A stretch of 64,000 nucleotides of DNA from Macrostomum lignano (GCA_002269645.1 NIVC01000517.1:373253-437252), one strand, 5' to 3'; shown: positions 10,458 through 23,934, numbered from the stretch's first letter. Translations and numbers: made by a program. Notes: a model not told the origin generated them from the letters alone.

Positions 10458-12910
10458 ATGGCCCCTTGTGGAATTTTTTTTACTGACAATGGTACAATGG
10501 AATCCTTAATTTGGAAGAATCTGAATTTCTTTTGCTATGATAATGCATTGTTTCTTGCTGAACATCTTTATGCACAAGATAAAACTGAATCAAGTGCATA
10601 TATATTAGCAACATGTTTCCATAGGTGTAATCGGCCAAATCAAGCTAAAAAGCTTTTGCAATGTTCTGCATTAACACAGCCTTTGACAAGGTAGGTTAAA
10701 GAACCTAATAATTTAATATTTTTAAGCCTAGAATTTAGTCTTTGTGTAAATGTAATGTCATGAGTAGGCCCTATTTGACTTGATACTTGAAAGTCTAGGC
10801 CTAATACTTGGCCCTATTTTTCATACTTAAAACTATTGAGAAATTTTTTAGTAGTTAGATAGTTTCTAAAGCTGATTCAACTAGTAGATAAATAACAAGT
10901 TTAATAATAACTTATAATATTATAAATATATATATATATATATATAATATAATAATATATCAATCCAGACTTGAGTCACTACCTATCTCTACCTATAAAA
11001 ATCAAAACTCTGTTTGTCTGTCTGTCTGTGGACAAATTACTTCGCTATGGACTTCAAAACCGCTCAACCAAATTACACCAAACTTATTACGGAGAATGTC
11101 TTTGGCTACCTTTAAATTTCCTAGACTCAAGTCTTCCTACCTAAAAGTACAAAAAACTGCTCAAAATGTGCAATTTTTTTCACTAGATCCTCCATAGCGC
11201 CGCTCCACTTCTATCGATTTTCTTCAAATTTGACATAGATAATCTTAAACTTGGCACAACTTAAATTTAAACTTAAATTTTGGCACAATCATGTAAAATT
11301 TCGAGTTTCAAAGTTAATCCTAAGCGGTGCTATGCACTTTTAAAGTTAGGCTGTTTTTTTCAGTGTAGCAACCACCCCAACCTCCGCCCGCCTGCCTCTC
11401 TTTCCCGATCTGGGCCCAGATGTGTAAAAGGGTTTCAAAATTGACTAAATTTCAGCTGCCATAAGTTTGCTCCACGTAAAGCAATTTATGTCAAACCTGA
11501 CACAGTTCTTCATTAACCCATTCTCTATCTAAATGTAAAGTTTCAACTCTGTAACTCAACTGAAAAAGAAACTGTAAGCATGTGATATTTGTCTGCTTTT
11601 TCTGTTGTTTGTGCCATTCACTCACTCATTCCCCCAGAGCCAGACGAAGGGTCAGGCGATAGGACTGAATGTACATAGCAAATGTACAGTGTTTTGGAAT
11701 AATTTTATTTATAGCCTTCTCTGCACCCCGAGAGTAGAAAGGCTACATTTAGCCATAACAATTTAGTGAGAAATTCTAACCACTGTCCTAGCTCTGTATT
11801 GGCAAACTCTGCAGTAGTTTAACAGTGGATGGCAATTGGCAATTGGCAAATAGAAAGAATCCACTATCCAGCATGGTTTGTAAAAGCGAAAGATTTATGA
11901 AAAGGCGATGCAATGCAATGCAATACAACCCTACTAAATTAGGCATACCATAGAAATTTTAGGTTTTGTTTAAAGGTACTATGTAAATATTAAATGACCT
12001 CCTAAGAAATGCATATTTCCTTGGTTGTTAGACTGATGCAGACTGCAGTGGAGCTGAAAATACACAAATTCCTTTCAGGGCTGCAAATTGGCAAGAAAGA
12101 TGACATGATCAAAGCATGAGAACAACCATGAGAGTACTATGTCCCACAAACTGGCTTTCCAAGCAGGGATGGGCAGACTTTTACCTCAAAGTCCAGATAA
12201 AGAATCTAGCTCATAGCTGAAGGGCAGATGAAAGTGGAAAGAAGAAGGAATAGACGATTCGAGGAGAGGCAACAGAGGGGATAAAAGAAAAGATAAAAGA
12301 TAATAGGAGAGATGAAGGGGTGAGGACGATGAGAGAGGGAGAGGGAGAAAAGAGGGGAGAGAGGAAAAGCAAGAGGAGAGAATAGAGATGAAAGAGCAGA
12401 GAGCTGCAGATGAGAGGTGAGAGGAGATAGCAGAGAGGAGAGCAGAGAGGAAACAGGTGAAAGAAGAGATGAGAGAGTAAAGGGAAGAGAGAAGAGATAA
12501 AGATACATCTCTACATCTCTAAGGTTGTAGAGATGAGAGGTGGAAAGAGAGATGAGAGATGAGAGATAATGGAGAGAGGAGAGTGGAGTGAGAGAAGAGA
12601 GGGAGACAGAGTATAGAAAAGGGAAGAGAAGAGAAAAGAAGAAAGGAGAAAGGAAAGTGAGTAGTCAAAAGAGGGGAAAGAAAAGAGTACAGAGGAGAGA
12701 GGTGAGAGAACATATAAGACATAGATGCGATATTAAAGAGGGGATGAGAGAGCAGAGATGAGAGTGAACAGATAAAAGATGGGAGAGTAGAGAGAACAGA
12801 GGAGAGGTTACAGAGACAAGAGGAGAGAGGAGAGACAAAGGTAGAGAAGTGAGTGAGGAGAGAGGAGAGGAAAGAGGAGAATGGAAAAGGGAGAGATAAG
12901 AGAGAAAGAC

Positions 12911-12948
<38 letters not shown>

Positions 12949-13055
12949 GGCGCCTCCAATTTCAGGCATGGACGCGGTACATGTAAAAAGGACAAACAAG
13001 TCAAGTTGATTTAAGTTGCCGATATTTCAAATTAGGTAAATTCTTTGTCAGGGCA

Positions 13056-13149
<94 letters not shown>

Positions 13150-16100
13150 GAGGAGTAGAGAGAAATGAGAAAAGATAAAAGAAGAGAAAGGAAAGATGAG
13201 AGAGCAAAGACGAGAGAGAAAAGAGGTGCAGGAAGAGACGAGAGAAAAGGGGAGAGATGAGAGAGTAGAGGCAAGAGTTAAGAGAAGAGAGAAAAGAATA
13301 GAAAGGAGAAGGAAGATAAGAGAGAAGAGGGGGTGAAAGGAGAAAGGAGAGGAGAGAGAAAAGAAGAGACAAGAGATGAGATAAGAGAGATCAGGGAAGA
13401 TACAAGAGAAGAGGGGAGAGACGAGAGAGGAGAGATGAGGGATGAGAGAGATGAGAGGAAACAAAGAGACGATAGAAATTTTTAAGGATCCAAGGGATGT
13501 AGGGAGAGTTAGGGAGAGACCAGAGTTTAGCAATATATGTTTTAGAGTCAGACAGACATTGCCTAACATTCTGCGCAATACCCCAGCCAACAATGTCTCA
13601 AACCCTAATTTTAAACAAATGTGCTCCATTTTATGTCTACCTCTATCCTACTAACTATTAACAAGTATTTGTTTGTGTATGGCCTTAGATTTCAGAATAA
13701 ATGCAAAAGTAGTTCCGGGTATTGGAATTCCCCGGGTTCAAAATCTGCGGGTTTCAACAGCTTGTTATATATAATAGTGACTCAAGTCCAAAATCCAATA
13801 TTCAAAGAATATTTGCTAAATTTATCATCCATAGTTCAGAAGGCAAAATGTATGCTAGGATTTCCTTGGGTACAACAAGGCCAAGGATCTTACTATTTTT
13901 TGTGTATATCAGGATATATCTAGACATATATGACATAGCAGATATATTATTATTATGTCAAATGAAAAAAATTGTTTTGGTGCACAAACCTGGTGTATAA
14001 ACAAGGTCTCGTCATTTTTTTCCAGTATTAAACCCAGCCTATACTAATACTATGGCTTTTCATAAATAGGGCCTAGTTTTAGCTTTCTATCAATTTGCAC
14101 TAAACTAAAGCCAAGGCATTTTCATTGTATATAAAATATTTATAGGCATAATGTTTTTGTTTTTTCTTTATTGTTGTAGCTTATTAATATATATACCCAT
14201 AGGAAGATGTTTTTTTCATGGAAAATTTTGGTACAAAAGGAGATTAGACCTGCACTGCATTGGCAAATACTAGTGCGATAGTAGGCAAAAGAGAAAAATC
14301 TGGCACAGTATGGCACAGGACAAAAATTGGCATAATTTTATACAAGACAAAAGCTTCTGACAAGACAATATTTTCTCTGACAGAAAATTAGCATGTAATT
14401 TTTAGACTTAGTTATATAGATTTCTTTTTATTAGCACTTTTGTTTGCCACAAATTGCCGACATATTGACAGCTTTTTAAAATTAATTTATGTTAACATTG
14501 CATTTTTTATGAAACAGATTCATATACAAGTTTTACCAATATTTTTCAAATAGAAAATTACTGCTTTTTCATTTTTTCAAAAAGTTGCAATACATAGTGC
14601 AAGCAAACTTTTTGATAAAAAATGATTTCTGGCACATGGTGCAAACAAACTTTTTTGATAGGATCTTTACATGTAATGTTTGACAAATAGTTCTCAAATG
14701 GAAAGATAGAAAAATGGGAAAGATTACTATACTGTGTGACAAATTCATGCAAATACAACAAAATATACATAATTGTACACTGTAGCCATTTCAACATAAA
14801 TTGATCTAGCCTACTCAACAAAAAGTTTGGGGCACCTAGTTTGAGACAAGTGAGTTGTGCCCCATGACCTTGCAGATGAAGGCTCTAGCCAGAGCATCAT
14901 AGACAAACTTAATACCATGAAAATGCACATTGAAGGGTAAGTGCTTGAATAGAGGCAAATAGAAAACCTTTGATTTTGCTGCAGAAGTCACTTAAGTACT
15001 CATATAGTTGTGGTTTGCTCAAGCCAGCAAAGATAGCCACCAGAAAAGGCTAAAGTGAAACAGCTGATCTTTATGAGAATGGGCCAAATTTGGAATTTGG
15101 AGGACTTATAGACAGGCATCCATATTAACTGTCACATAAAACATATGCACAGTTCTCAATTAGGTAGAGTTTTTGTGCTGTTCAGTTCCAGTAGGTTCTT
15201 CTTAATTAAGTAGGCTAGAGTTTTCTGGATAGACAGGTAGGCAAACCATCCTTCATTCCTACATGAGAAGTGTTAAACAAGAGCATGTATTGAACTAGGA
15301 CATCATTTAGGGTGTCCAAGCTCTTTCTCTCAGGCTCATACAAGTCACTATTGGTGTCTGATAGCGGATCCAGATCCTCATCAAAGCAGTATGTAGGCTC
15401 CTTGGCATCAGCTTCGCAGAAATCCACTTCTTCCATTAACCTAAAGTTGTCAATCTCCATCGCCTCGAAATTCAGTGTGCTTTTTCTAAATGTTAAATGT
15501 TAAATAATGTGATAAATGACAAAGCAGATACCTGTAATGGTGTTATATTACATACATGCGCAACCTTGGGAATCACCTGGCCGTTTCTATTGGCAACACA
15601 CACATGTAAGTCGCTATTGGCTGAGAGCAGTCACGTGACTACTATTCTGTCCAATAGCGACTTACATGTGTATGTTGCCAATAGAAACGGCCGGGTGAAT
15701 TCCTAAGTTGCGCCCAAGCATGTGTTATAATGTCAACTAAGTGCATACATGAGTTTTTGAATTGGCCACCATAACGCCAACTGGCCATTGAATGGCCACC
15801 GATGGCATGAGCCAACATTACTTGCATTAGCATAGTAAAGTGGCGAGATATATCAAACTATTTAGCAAAATAGTCAATTCAATGCCTTAATATTCTGAAT
15901 TCCTGATTTGTGATGCACACACTATCATATTGTGGGTCATACATGCGCAACAGTCGGCCGAGTCGGCCGATCTGGCCGACCGATTTGGCGACCAACCAAG
16001 GAAGTCGCAAAAATTCCCACCCGAAAAAATACCAAAGTAGTAGTACTAAGTAGCTGACGAGGCATTTTGACTTAATAAGACAGTCATAGTTACTCCTGCC

Positions 16101-19100
16101 GTTTATCCAAAGTTGCGTTAATTTTGAGTCAGGGTTTTTTTATATGTAAGTCGCATTTTTGGCCAAAAACTACGTCGCATTTTTGTTAAAATGAAGTCGC
16201 ATGGCCGACCGAATTTTGGAGGTTGCGCATGTATGTTGTGGGTATATATGTGCATATGACTATGATTATGGTGTTAAGAAATGCAGTTATAAGATGCTTG
16301 CCTGTCTCCCATACCCCAGGTACCTTTACGCCCAGTGCTGCCTAGAGACTGGCGACCTGAGCGCAGCAGAGGACGCCTTGATAAACAGCCGAACTGGCTT
16401 AGCATTTGCCACTACTCAGCCACAGGCTCAACAGACGCCAATTCAAACTGGATTGAATACCAATGACGATCTATCTAGACTCTGCAGAGACTTTGGCGGC
16501 GATAATTCGGAAGATTCCACAGCTGTTGGATTTGCTTTGAAACTTCTCGGCGACGTTTATCGTCGTACAGATCGAAATGAACGAGCCGCCGAGTGCTATA
16601 GGAGAGCGTTGGGCTTTAATCCTTATCTGTGGACCTGCTACGAGGCATTGTGCAGCCTGGGCGAGGCGCCAGATCCTGCTGTCGCGTTTCCGGTAGCTAT
16701 ACGATTTGCTTTATATTTGCCCTATCCATTGTTGAGTACATGGACCACTAAATAAAATAGATGTGACTTGCATTGTAGTGTCCATGGACCACTAAGTACT
16801 CGTATAGTAAATGTGTGACCTGTATTTTATGGTTCATGGACCACTAAGTGGAGTAGATGAGCATGCTTGGGCGCAAGCTAGGGATTCACCCGGCCGTTTC
16901 TATTGGCAACACACACGTAAGTCGCTATTGGACGGAATAGTAGTCACGTGACTGCTCTCAGCCAATAGCGACTTACATGTGTGTGTTGCCATTAGAAACG
17001 GCCGGGTGAATCCCTAGGTTGCGCCCAAGCATGCTCATCTACTCCACTTAGTGGTCTATGGACCACTAGGTCACTCATCTACCATGGACCAAGGTTGCGC
17101 ATGTGTGGTAGATGAGTGACCTGCATTGTTGGTTCCATGGATCGACTATCAAGTGGAGATAAGCAGTGTCCATGGACCATTAAGTAAAGTAGATGCGTGT
17201 GACCTGCATTGTTAGGACCATGGATCACTAAACTGATCGACACTGTTTCTTGGAAGCTTTTAAAGGCTCACCTTAACCCTAGAATTCTTGAGAATTATAG
17301 CGAATTTTAGTTAAATATTAAAAATACTTTAAATTATGCCCTCAGGTGCAGACAGCAACAGCAGGTCTGGACACCTCCTCGGCTTCCTCGTTGTCAGCTG
17401 ACTGCGGTGGCTTAGGCGGTGATGCCAGTTCAGTTGGTATAGCTAATAATAACAGCAATAGTACTCGACAGTTCTCAGTGGAATCGGCGGCGTCCACGGA
17501 TGCTTCTGGTTGGTTTGAATTTAATATAATAGCTTTATTGATGTTCCCTGACTTTTCTTATCTGGACTGGAGGCCCTGAATTCGACACTCTTGAACAAAA
17601 AATCTGGACTGGAGTCACTGAATTCGACACACTTAAACAAAAAATCTGGACTGGAGGCCCTGAATTCGACACTCTTGAACAAAAAATCTGGACTGGAGTC
17701 CCTGAATTCGACACTCTTGAACAAAAAATCTGGACTGGAGTCCCTGAATTAGACACCTTTAAACATAGATTCTGGATAGAAGTCCCTGAATTCGACACTC
17801 TTGAACAAAAAAATCTGGACTGGAGTCACTGAAATCGACAATAGACACCCTTAAACATAGATTCAAGATTCTGGATAGAAGTCCCTGAATTCGACACTCT
17901 TGAACAAAAAATCTGGACTGGAGTCCCTGAATTCGACACTCTTGTACATAAATATTGGATTGGAAACCCTCGGATTACTAATCACTTATCACTGAACTGA
18001 AGACAAATGCTAACATAACATTTCTCTCTTATTACCCCAAACATAGTTTCTGGCGCTGGTTTCGCTACCGTTTCGGTTGCCTCAGCCACCGCCGCCTCAG
18101 CTGCAGCTGCCACTCCAGCCGTTAGCGGAGTCATCCCGGCGCCGCCAGCCATCGCCGACGCGCCAATGCGACGAAGACCTAGAAGCGGTCGGCAGCAGCA
18201 GCAGCAGCAGATTGCTCCAGGAGCCGATTCGGCCGTTAATTTCCCCTACATTCTAGACTCTGCCTATTCAACTCCTTTGCCTTCGTCTATGGCTGCGTCC
18301 ACCGCTGCCGCAGTCGCCGCCGTCGCTGCGACACCCGCGGCATCCGCGGTAGCGACAGCAACGGTTCTCCCAGTGTCGACGCCTGTAGCGCAGAACTATC
18401 GTGCGCTGGCCATGTCACCACTGGGCGCCAAGGAGAACAATCAGGGAGTGCGAACGCGTGCCCAGACGCGATCGCTGATGTCATCGCGGGCTGGCAATAT
18501 TTCTAGGCGGAGTCGGTCGTTCCGGAGCAAAGATAATAGCTCAATGGAAGACGAGGTGAGTAGAAATTTTAATTATTGCTATAATAGATTGCATGCATAG
18601 CAGTTGACTTGAGACATAGGTATTAATAGCGGCAACGGAGATTATTAGACTGACGAACATACCAGGTAGAGTGACGGAGATTACAGGTAGAATTACGCAT
18701 ATTACAGGTAGACTGACAGACATTACTGATATTATATGTAGAGCTACAGATATTACAGGTGGAATTACGGCTATTACAGGTGGAAATACGAAAGTTACAG
18801 GTAGAATGACGGAGATTACATGTAGAAGTACTGATATTACAGGTAGCCTGAAGGAGAATGGAGATCACAGGTAGGATCACAGCTTAGAGGTAGACTGATG
18901 CAGAATACAGGTGGATTGAGGAAGATTACAGGTAGATCGGCGGAGATTACAGGTGGATTGACAGAGATTACAGCAGGTAGATTGAAAGAGATTACAGGTA
19001 GATTGGCGGAGATTACAGGTAGATTGACAGAGTTTACAGGTTGATTGACAGAGATTACAGGTAGATTGAAAGAGATTACAGGTAGATTGACTGAGATTAC

Positions 19101-21843
19101 AAGTAGAATGACAGCTTACAGATAGACTTATGAAGATTACAGGTAAAATATTACAACCACCCTATTAGATTGATATACAGTGAGGTGTATTCCCTTAATT
19201 ATAAATATACCCTCAGCCCGAGAACAAGCCTCAGCAGCAACAGCAGCAGCAGCAACAGCAGGTTTCGTCGCTTCTAGAAGAGCATAATCCAGCTGTCTCA
19301 GGCATAATTGGTGGCGATCTTCATCAGCAGCAACACAAACAGCAGCAGCGATTAGCTTGGCTAATACCCCAGCTCCATCAGCTAGCCAGCGCCTACCGGC
19401 ACCTATCCAATTGCCAATGGTCTGACGCGGCTAAACTATTGGAATCTCTGCCGCCCAAACTGCATTACAGCGGCCCGGCATTGCAGTGGCTGAGCAGGGC
19501 CTATTACGAATTAGAGGATTATCACGGTGCTTGTAGGCTGTTTAGCGAGTTGCGCCAGAGACAGCCGTGGAATCTGCGCGGAATGGACGTGTACAGCAGC
19601 ACGCTGTGGTATCTGCAGAAAGAGGCCCAGCTGAGCTCGCTAGCTAGAGATCTGCTAGATTTGGACAGGTGCGCCGCTGTTGAGCCTTGGTGCGCTGCCG
19701 GCAATTGCTTCTCTTTGCAGAGGGAGCACGAGATTGCTTTGAAATATTTCCGACGGGCTACTCAGGTGAGTAGTATATTTTGGAGTGTTTAATGCTAAGA
19801 ATCGACTTGAATAATTCCCCCTGTAGCCTTAAATACCCCTTGATTGAATAATACCCTCGTAGCTCTAGATTACCTGATATAGGAATACCCCCGTAGCTCC
19901 AGATTTCCTGATATAGGAATACCCCCGTAGCTCCAGATTCCCTGATATAGGAATACCCCCGTAGCTCCAGATTCCCTGATATAGGAATACCCCCGTAGCT
20001 CCAGATTTCCTGATATAGGAATACCCCCGTAGCTCCAGATTTCCTGATATAGGAATACCCCCGTAGCTCCAGATTCCCTGATATAGGAATACCCCCGTAG
20101 CTCCAGATTCCCTGATATAGGAATACCCCCGTAGCTCCAGATTCCCTGATATAGGAATACCCCGTAGCTCCAGATTTCCTGATATAGGAATACCCCGTAG
20201 CTCCAGATTTCCTGATATAGGAATACCCCCGTAGCTCCAGATTCCCTGATATAGGAATACCCCCGTAGCTCCAGATTTCCTGATATAGGAATACCCCCGT
20301 AGCTCCAGATTTCCTGATATAGGAATACCCCCATAACTCCAGATAACCAACATGCAATGTAGGAATACCCTGTAGCTTAAGATTCCCTTATATAGGAATA
20401 CCCCCGTAGCTCCAGATTTCCTGATATAGGAATACCCGGTGACTTTCCTTTAAAAATTCCCTAGAACCCTTGAATTTTCCCGTGACTTAACACCCCAGAT
20501 ACGGAATACCCCTCGTGGTTTTAAACTACCTCAAGGCTATAAATTCTTAAACAGTCTAACTACCCCCGATAACCTCGCTCCATCATTTGCCCAGGTAAAT
20601 CCTAATTACGCATACGCTTACGTACTACTAGCCCTGGAGTACACTTCCATAGACCAGCTGGAGAAGGCTCTGGCAGCATTTCGCACCGCCGTTCGACTCG
20701 AACCGCGCGCTTACAACGCCTGGTACGGCATTAGCAATGTATACTTTAAGCAGGAGAAGTTCGCCCTAGCCGAGTGTCACTTTATAAAAGCTTTGAGAAT
20801 CTATCCGAATTCGGCCGTGTTGCTAACCAATTTCGGCGTCACTATGGCCAGGATGGGCCGTCTAAGCGAGGCGCTGGACTTGTTCACCAAGGCCAAGTCT
20901 TTGTCGCCAAAAATGCCGCTCTGCCGCTATCAGCGCGCTTCGGTGCTGTTCACGCTTGGTCGTCACCAGGATGCCCTCCAGGAGTTGAATAGTTTGCGTC
21001 AGCTGACGCCTAAGGAGAGTCGGGTGTTCTTCCTGCTCGGTCGGGTCTATAAAGCTTTGGATCAGGTGAGTGAATTTTTTATTTTTAAAAACGGCCCTTT
21101 TGAGGCACCGTTTTTGTATTATAATATTAATTGTATTCTACTAGTTAGTATTCCTAATACTACTAGTACATAAACATTTGACGGTGTTTTTATGCATAGG
21201 AATTTTTACGATCGATAATAATTGATAGAAATTATGTTATTATATATGTTCATCTATATTTAGTTAAAACGGCCTTTTTCGGGCCGTCACGATTTTCGAT
21301 CGTGAATCTCGATTGTACTATTTTGATATACGAGTAAACTATTAGTTTTGTGTTGTATCGCTAAAACGGCCCTTTTAAGGCGGACCAACATTGAAACACT
21401 TTTTAGTCTTCGTTTAGTAGACTGCTTATTAAATTATAATCGAGCTATTAGCATGATTATAAAGCCACTTTGACGATTCTAATAAATTCTAATAAAACTA
21501 TTTTGTTCAATCTGCCTTCAAAACGGTCCTGTCAAGGGCCTATCAAGGATATAAAAAATGAGCTATTTAATCTCCACTGTAGGATAATCAAGCCATGGTG
21601 TTCTTCAACTGGGCTATGGATTTAGATCCGCGCGGGGTTAATCTGCAGCTTAACGACACCCTGGACATTGTCGCCGGTGGAGGAGGCGGCGGAGGTACCG
21701 ACGCGGGTGCTTCGGAGAGCGACACAACTATGGACGTTTCCATGCAGCCGCCGCAGCAGCAGCAGCATCCGGGCTATCACATGGTAGCGCCCAGTGCAAT
21801 GATGATGGACGAAATACTGTCGGATCAGTCTTCTGTTGATTAG
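10458..21843 (+). CDS. CDC27: Cell division cycle 27 / APC3; exons 10458(or 10497)-10690, 16320-16692, 17346-17508, 18047-18555, 19217-19765, 20595-21065, 21583-21843
   Basis: N-terminal IWKNLNFFCYDNALFLAEHLYA, TPRs (WCAAGNCFSLQREHEIALKYFRRA, VNPNYAYAY, AYNAWYGI), C-terminal FNWAMDLDPRG. All junctions GT-AG and in frame (~839 aa from 10497). Confidence 0.95.
10985..11670. mobile_element. Possible non-autonomous Helitron-like element in CDC27 intron 1
   Basis: 5' CTACCTATAAAAATC followed by (GTCT)n and AACCGCTCAACCAAATT, and a short GC hairpin near 11640. The resemblance to invertebrate non-autonomous Helitrons is from pattern memory only. Confidence 0.3.
12220..13460. repeat. GA-rich low-complexity tract with pure (GA)n runs
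   Basis: Pure (GA)n at about 12914-12944 and 13058-13141; source of the L/S-rich spurious ORFs. Confidence 0.95.
14540..15460 (-). mobile_element. Decayed CMC/EnSpm-like DDE transposase remnant
   Basis: Ordered motifs on - strand: KDGLP (~15245), VAIFAGLSKP...EYLSDF (~15020), FVYDALARAF...GHNS (~14890), YSNLSHFSIFPFENYL (~14700). Stops and deletions lie between them. Confidence 0.7.
15551..15722. mobile_element. Palindromic (hairpin) MITE, copy 1
   Basis: Arms GGCCGTTTCTATTGGCAACACAC...AAGTCGCTATTGG inverted around a ~30-bp core containing AGTCACGTGACT; left end CATACATGCGCAAC. Confidence 0.8.
15938..16235. mobile_element. hAT-type MITE (298 bp), 14-bp TIR CATACATGCGCAAC, 8-bp TSD TTGTGGGT
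   Basis: Perfect TIRs and TSD read from the sequence; second copy at 44590-44886. Confidence 0.92.
16836..17107. mobile_element. Palindromic MITE copy 2 with inverted duplication of flanking DNA, inside a ~47-bp degenerate tandem repeat
   Basis: Inverted arms run from about 16836 to 17059. A further small palindrome with a TIR remnant GTTGCGCATGTGTG ends at 17107. Confidence 0.8.
17575..17965. repeat. ~42-bp minisatellite (GAATTCGACACTCTTGAACAAAAAATCTGGACTGGAGTCCCT) in CDC27 intron 3
   Basis: About 9 tandem copies. Confidence 0.93.
18640..19145. repeat. 21-bp minisatellite (GAGATTACAGGTAGATTGACA) in CDC27 intron 4
   Basis: Degenerate tandem copies. Confidence 0.92.
19845..20440. repeat. 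34-bp minisatellite (GTAGCTCCAGATTTCCTGATATAGGAATACCCCC) in CDC27 intron 5
   Basis: About 16 tandem copies. Confidence 0.96.
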
Positions 21844-22059
21844 TGAGTGCGAGCTGTGCTGGCCAAATATAGAATGATGCCAGTTAATTCGGCTCACGAC
21901 TCCGCTCACGAATCACGTGACTTCTCTCGCTCCTTATTTTGCCTTTATTGCTATTAGGTGCACAGCTTTAAAGGCGTTGCTTTTATTTTAATTGCCTTTA
22001 AATCCCAATTACCTGCAAACCTTGCGCTGTCAAAGTAGTTGATAAAAATTCAACAATTA

Positions 22060-23185
22060 AAATAGATATGGATATCCATGGACATAGATTCTGGATTGGA
22101 AGCTTCGATTGAATTGGATATCCATAGACATAAATTCTGCTTGGAAACTTCGATTGAATTGGATATCCATAGACATAAATTCTGCTTGGAAGCTTCGATT
22201 GAATTCGATATCCATGATCATAGATTCTGGATTGGAATCTTTGGTTGAATTGAATATCCATAGACATAAATTTTGGATTGGAAACTTCGATTGAATTGGA
22301 TATCCATAAACATATATTCTGGACTGGAATCTTTGGTTGAATTGGATATCCATGAACATAGATTCTGGATTGGATTCTTCGATTGAGTTGGATATCCATG
22401 AACATAGATTCTGGATTGGAATCTTTGGTTGAATTGAATCCATGGACATAGATTCTGGATTGGATTCTTCGGTTGAATTGAATCCATGGACATAGATTCT
22501 GGATTGGATTCTTCGGTTGAATTGAATCCATGGACATAGATTCTGGATTGGATTCTTCGGTTGAATTGAATCCATGGACATAGATTCTGGATTGGATTCT
22601 TCGGTTGAATTGAATCCATGGACATAGATTCTGGATTGGATTCTTCGGTTGAATTGAATCCATGGACATAGATTCTGGATTGGATTCTTCGGTTGAATTG
22701 AATCCATGGACATAGATTCTGGATTGGATTCTTCGGTTGAATTGAATCCATGGACATAGATTCTGGATTGGATTCTTCGGTTGAATTGAATCCATGGACA
22801 TAGATTCTGGATTGGATTCTTCGGTTGAATTGAATCCATGGACATAGATTCTGGATTGGATTCTTCGGTTGAATTGAATCCATGGACATAGATTCTGGAT
22901 TGGATTCTTCGGTTGAATTGTATCCATGGACATAGATTCTGGATTGGATTCTTCGGTTGAATTGAATCCATGGACATAGATTCTGGATTGGATTCTTCGG
23001 TTGAATTGAATCCATGGACATAGATTCTGGATTGGATTCTTCGGTTGAATTGAATCCATGGACATAGATTCTGGATTGGATTCTTCGGTTGAATTGAATC
23101 CATGGACATAGATTCTGGATTGGATTCTTCGGTTGAATTGAATCCATGGACATAGATTCTGGATTGGATTCTTCGGTTGAATTGG
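22060..23185. repeat. 44-bp minisatellite (GAATTGAATCCATGGACATAGATTCTGGATTGGATTCTTCGGTT)
   Basis: Degenerate to about 22420, near-perfect afterwards. Confidence 0.97.
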
Positions 23186-23934
23186 CTATAAATAAACGTC
23201 GATCAGTACAAAATTGATTAGCCTATTTAAAAAATAACCTATTATATATACTATGTCACTTGTAACACGTACTTTAAAGCTCTCTAAAACTTTATGCATG
23301 TATTATAAAAAAATAATTAATGCCTTTCTGTACTACTGAAGTTCCGACAGGCTACATATTCTCGTGACTTTCACAACACGGCAGTACCAGCTTGTCAGTT
23401 TTTATTCCGTATAAATTTTTGTAAAATATTAAAGTAAATTTTTTTTTATTTCATTTCGTCAGTTTTACTTAATTTTCTTTTGTTGCTACTGACAACAGCG
23501 TATGAAGGCTTTTTTGTTTGTTTTTATGTAGCTAGTTAAGCGCATTGTATGCTCATTATAATTATATTTAACTGTATGTAACACTTTATGATTGACGTTT
23601 TAGTTTTTATTACTTATTTAAGGAAACAATTCGCATATTATATCACTCATTAGTAGTAAGCTCTCATTAATAATTTTCCATTTTCTTTAAACCAAAGCTC
23701 GTATTGGTGCAAGTGTTCGCAAATTTGAACAATTATATAATTTTATTGCAGTGGAAAACAATCAATAAATTTATTTCTTATACCACACCCGCAACTGCGT
23801 ATTAATAATTTGAATAATCAAATTAAAGTGTAAAAAGCTGCATCCTGCGATTATCTCTGTGCAATTGGTTTAGCTTGTTTGCCTCTGATCTCAATTTCAT
23901 ATTGCTAAAAAGTTAGAGCGAGTCATATTTACGC

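Noticed and set aside
12206-13629. Leu/Ser-rich ORFs resembling membrane proteins
   Set aside because: Reverse-strand translation of the GA-rich tract.
21998-23153. Three ORFs of 311-355 aa
   Set aside because: Translations of the 44-bp array.
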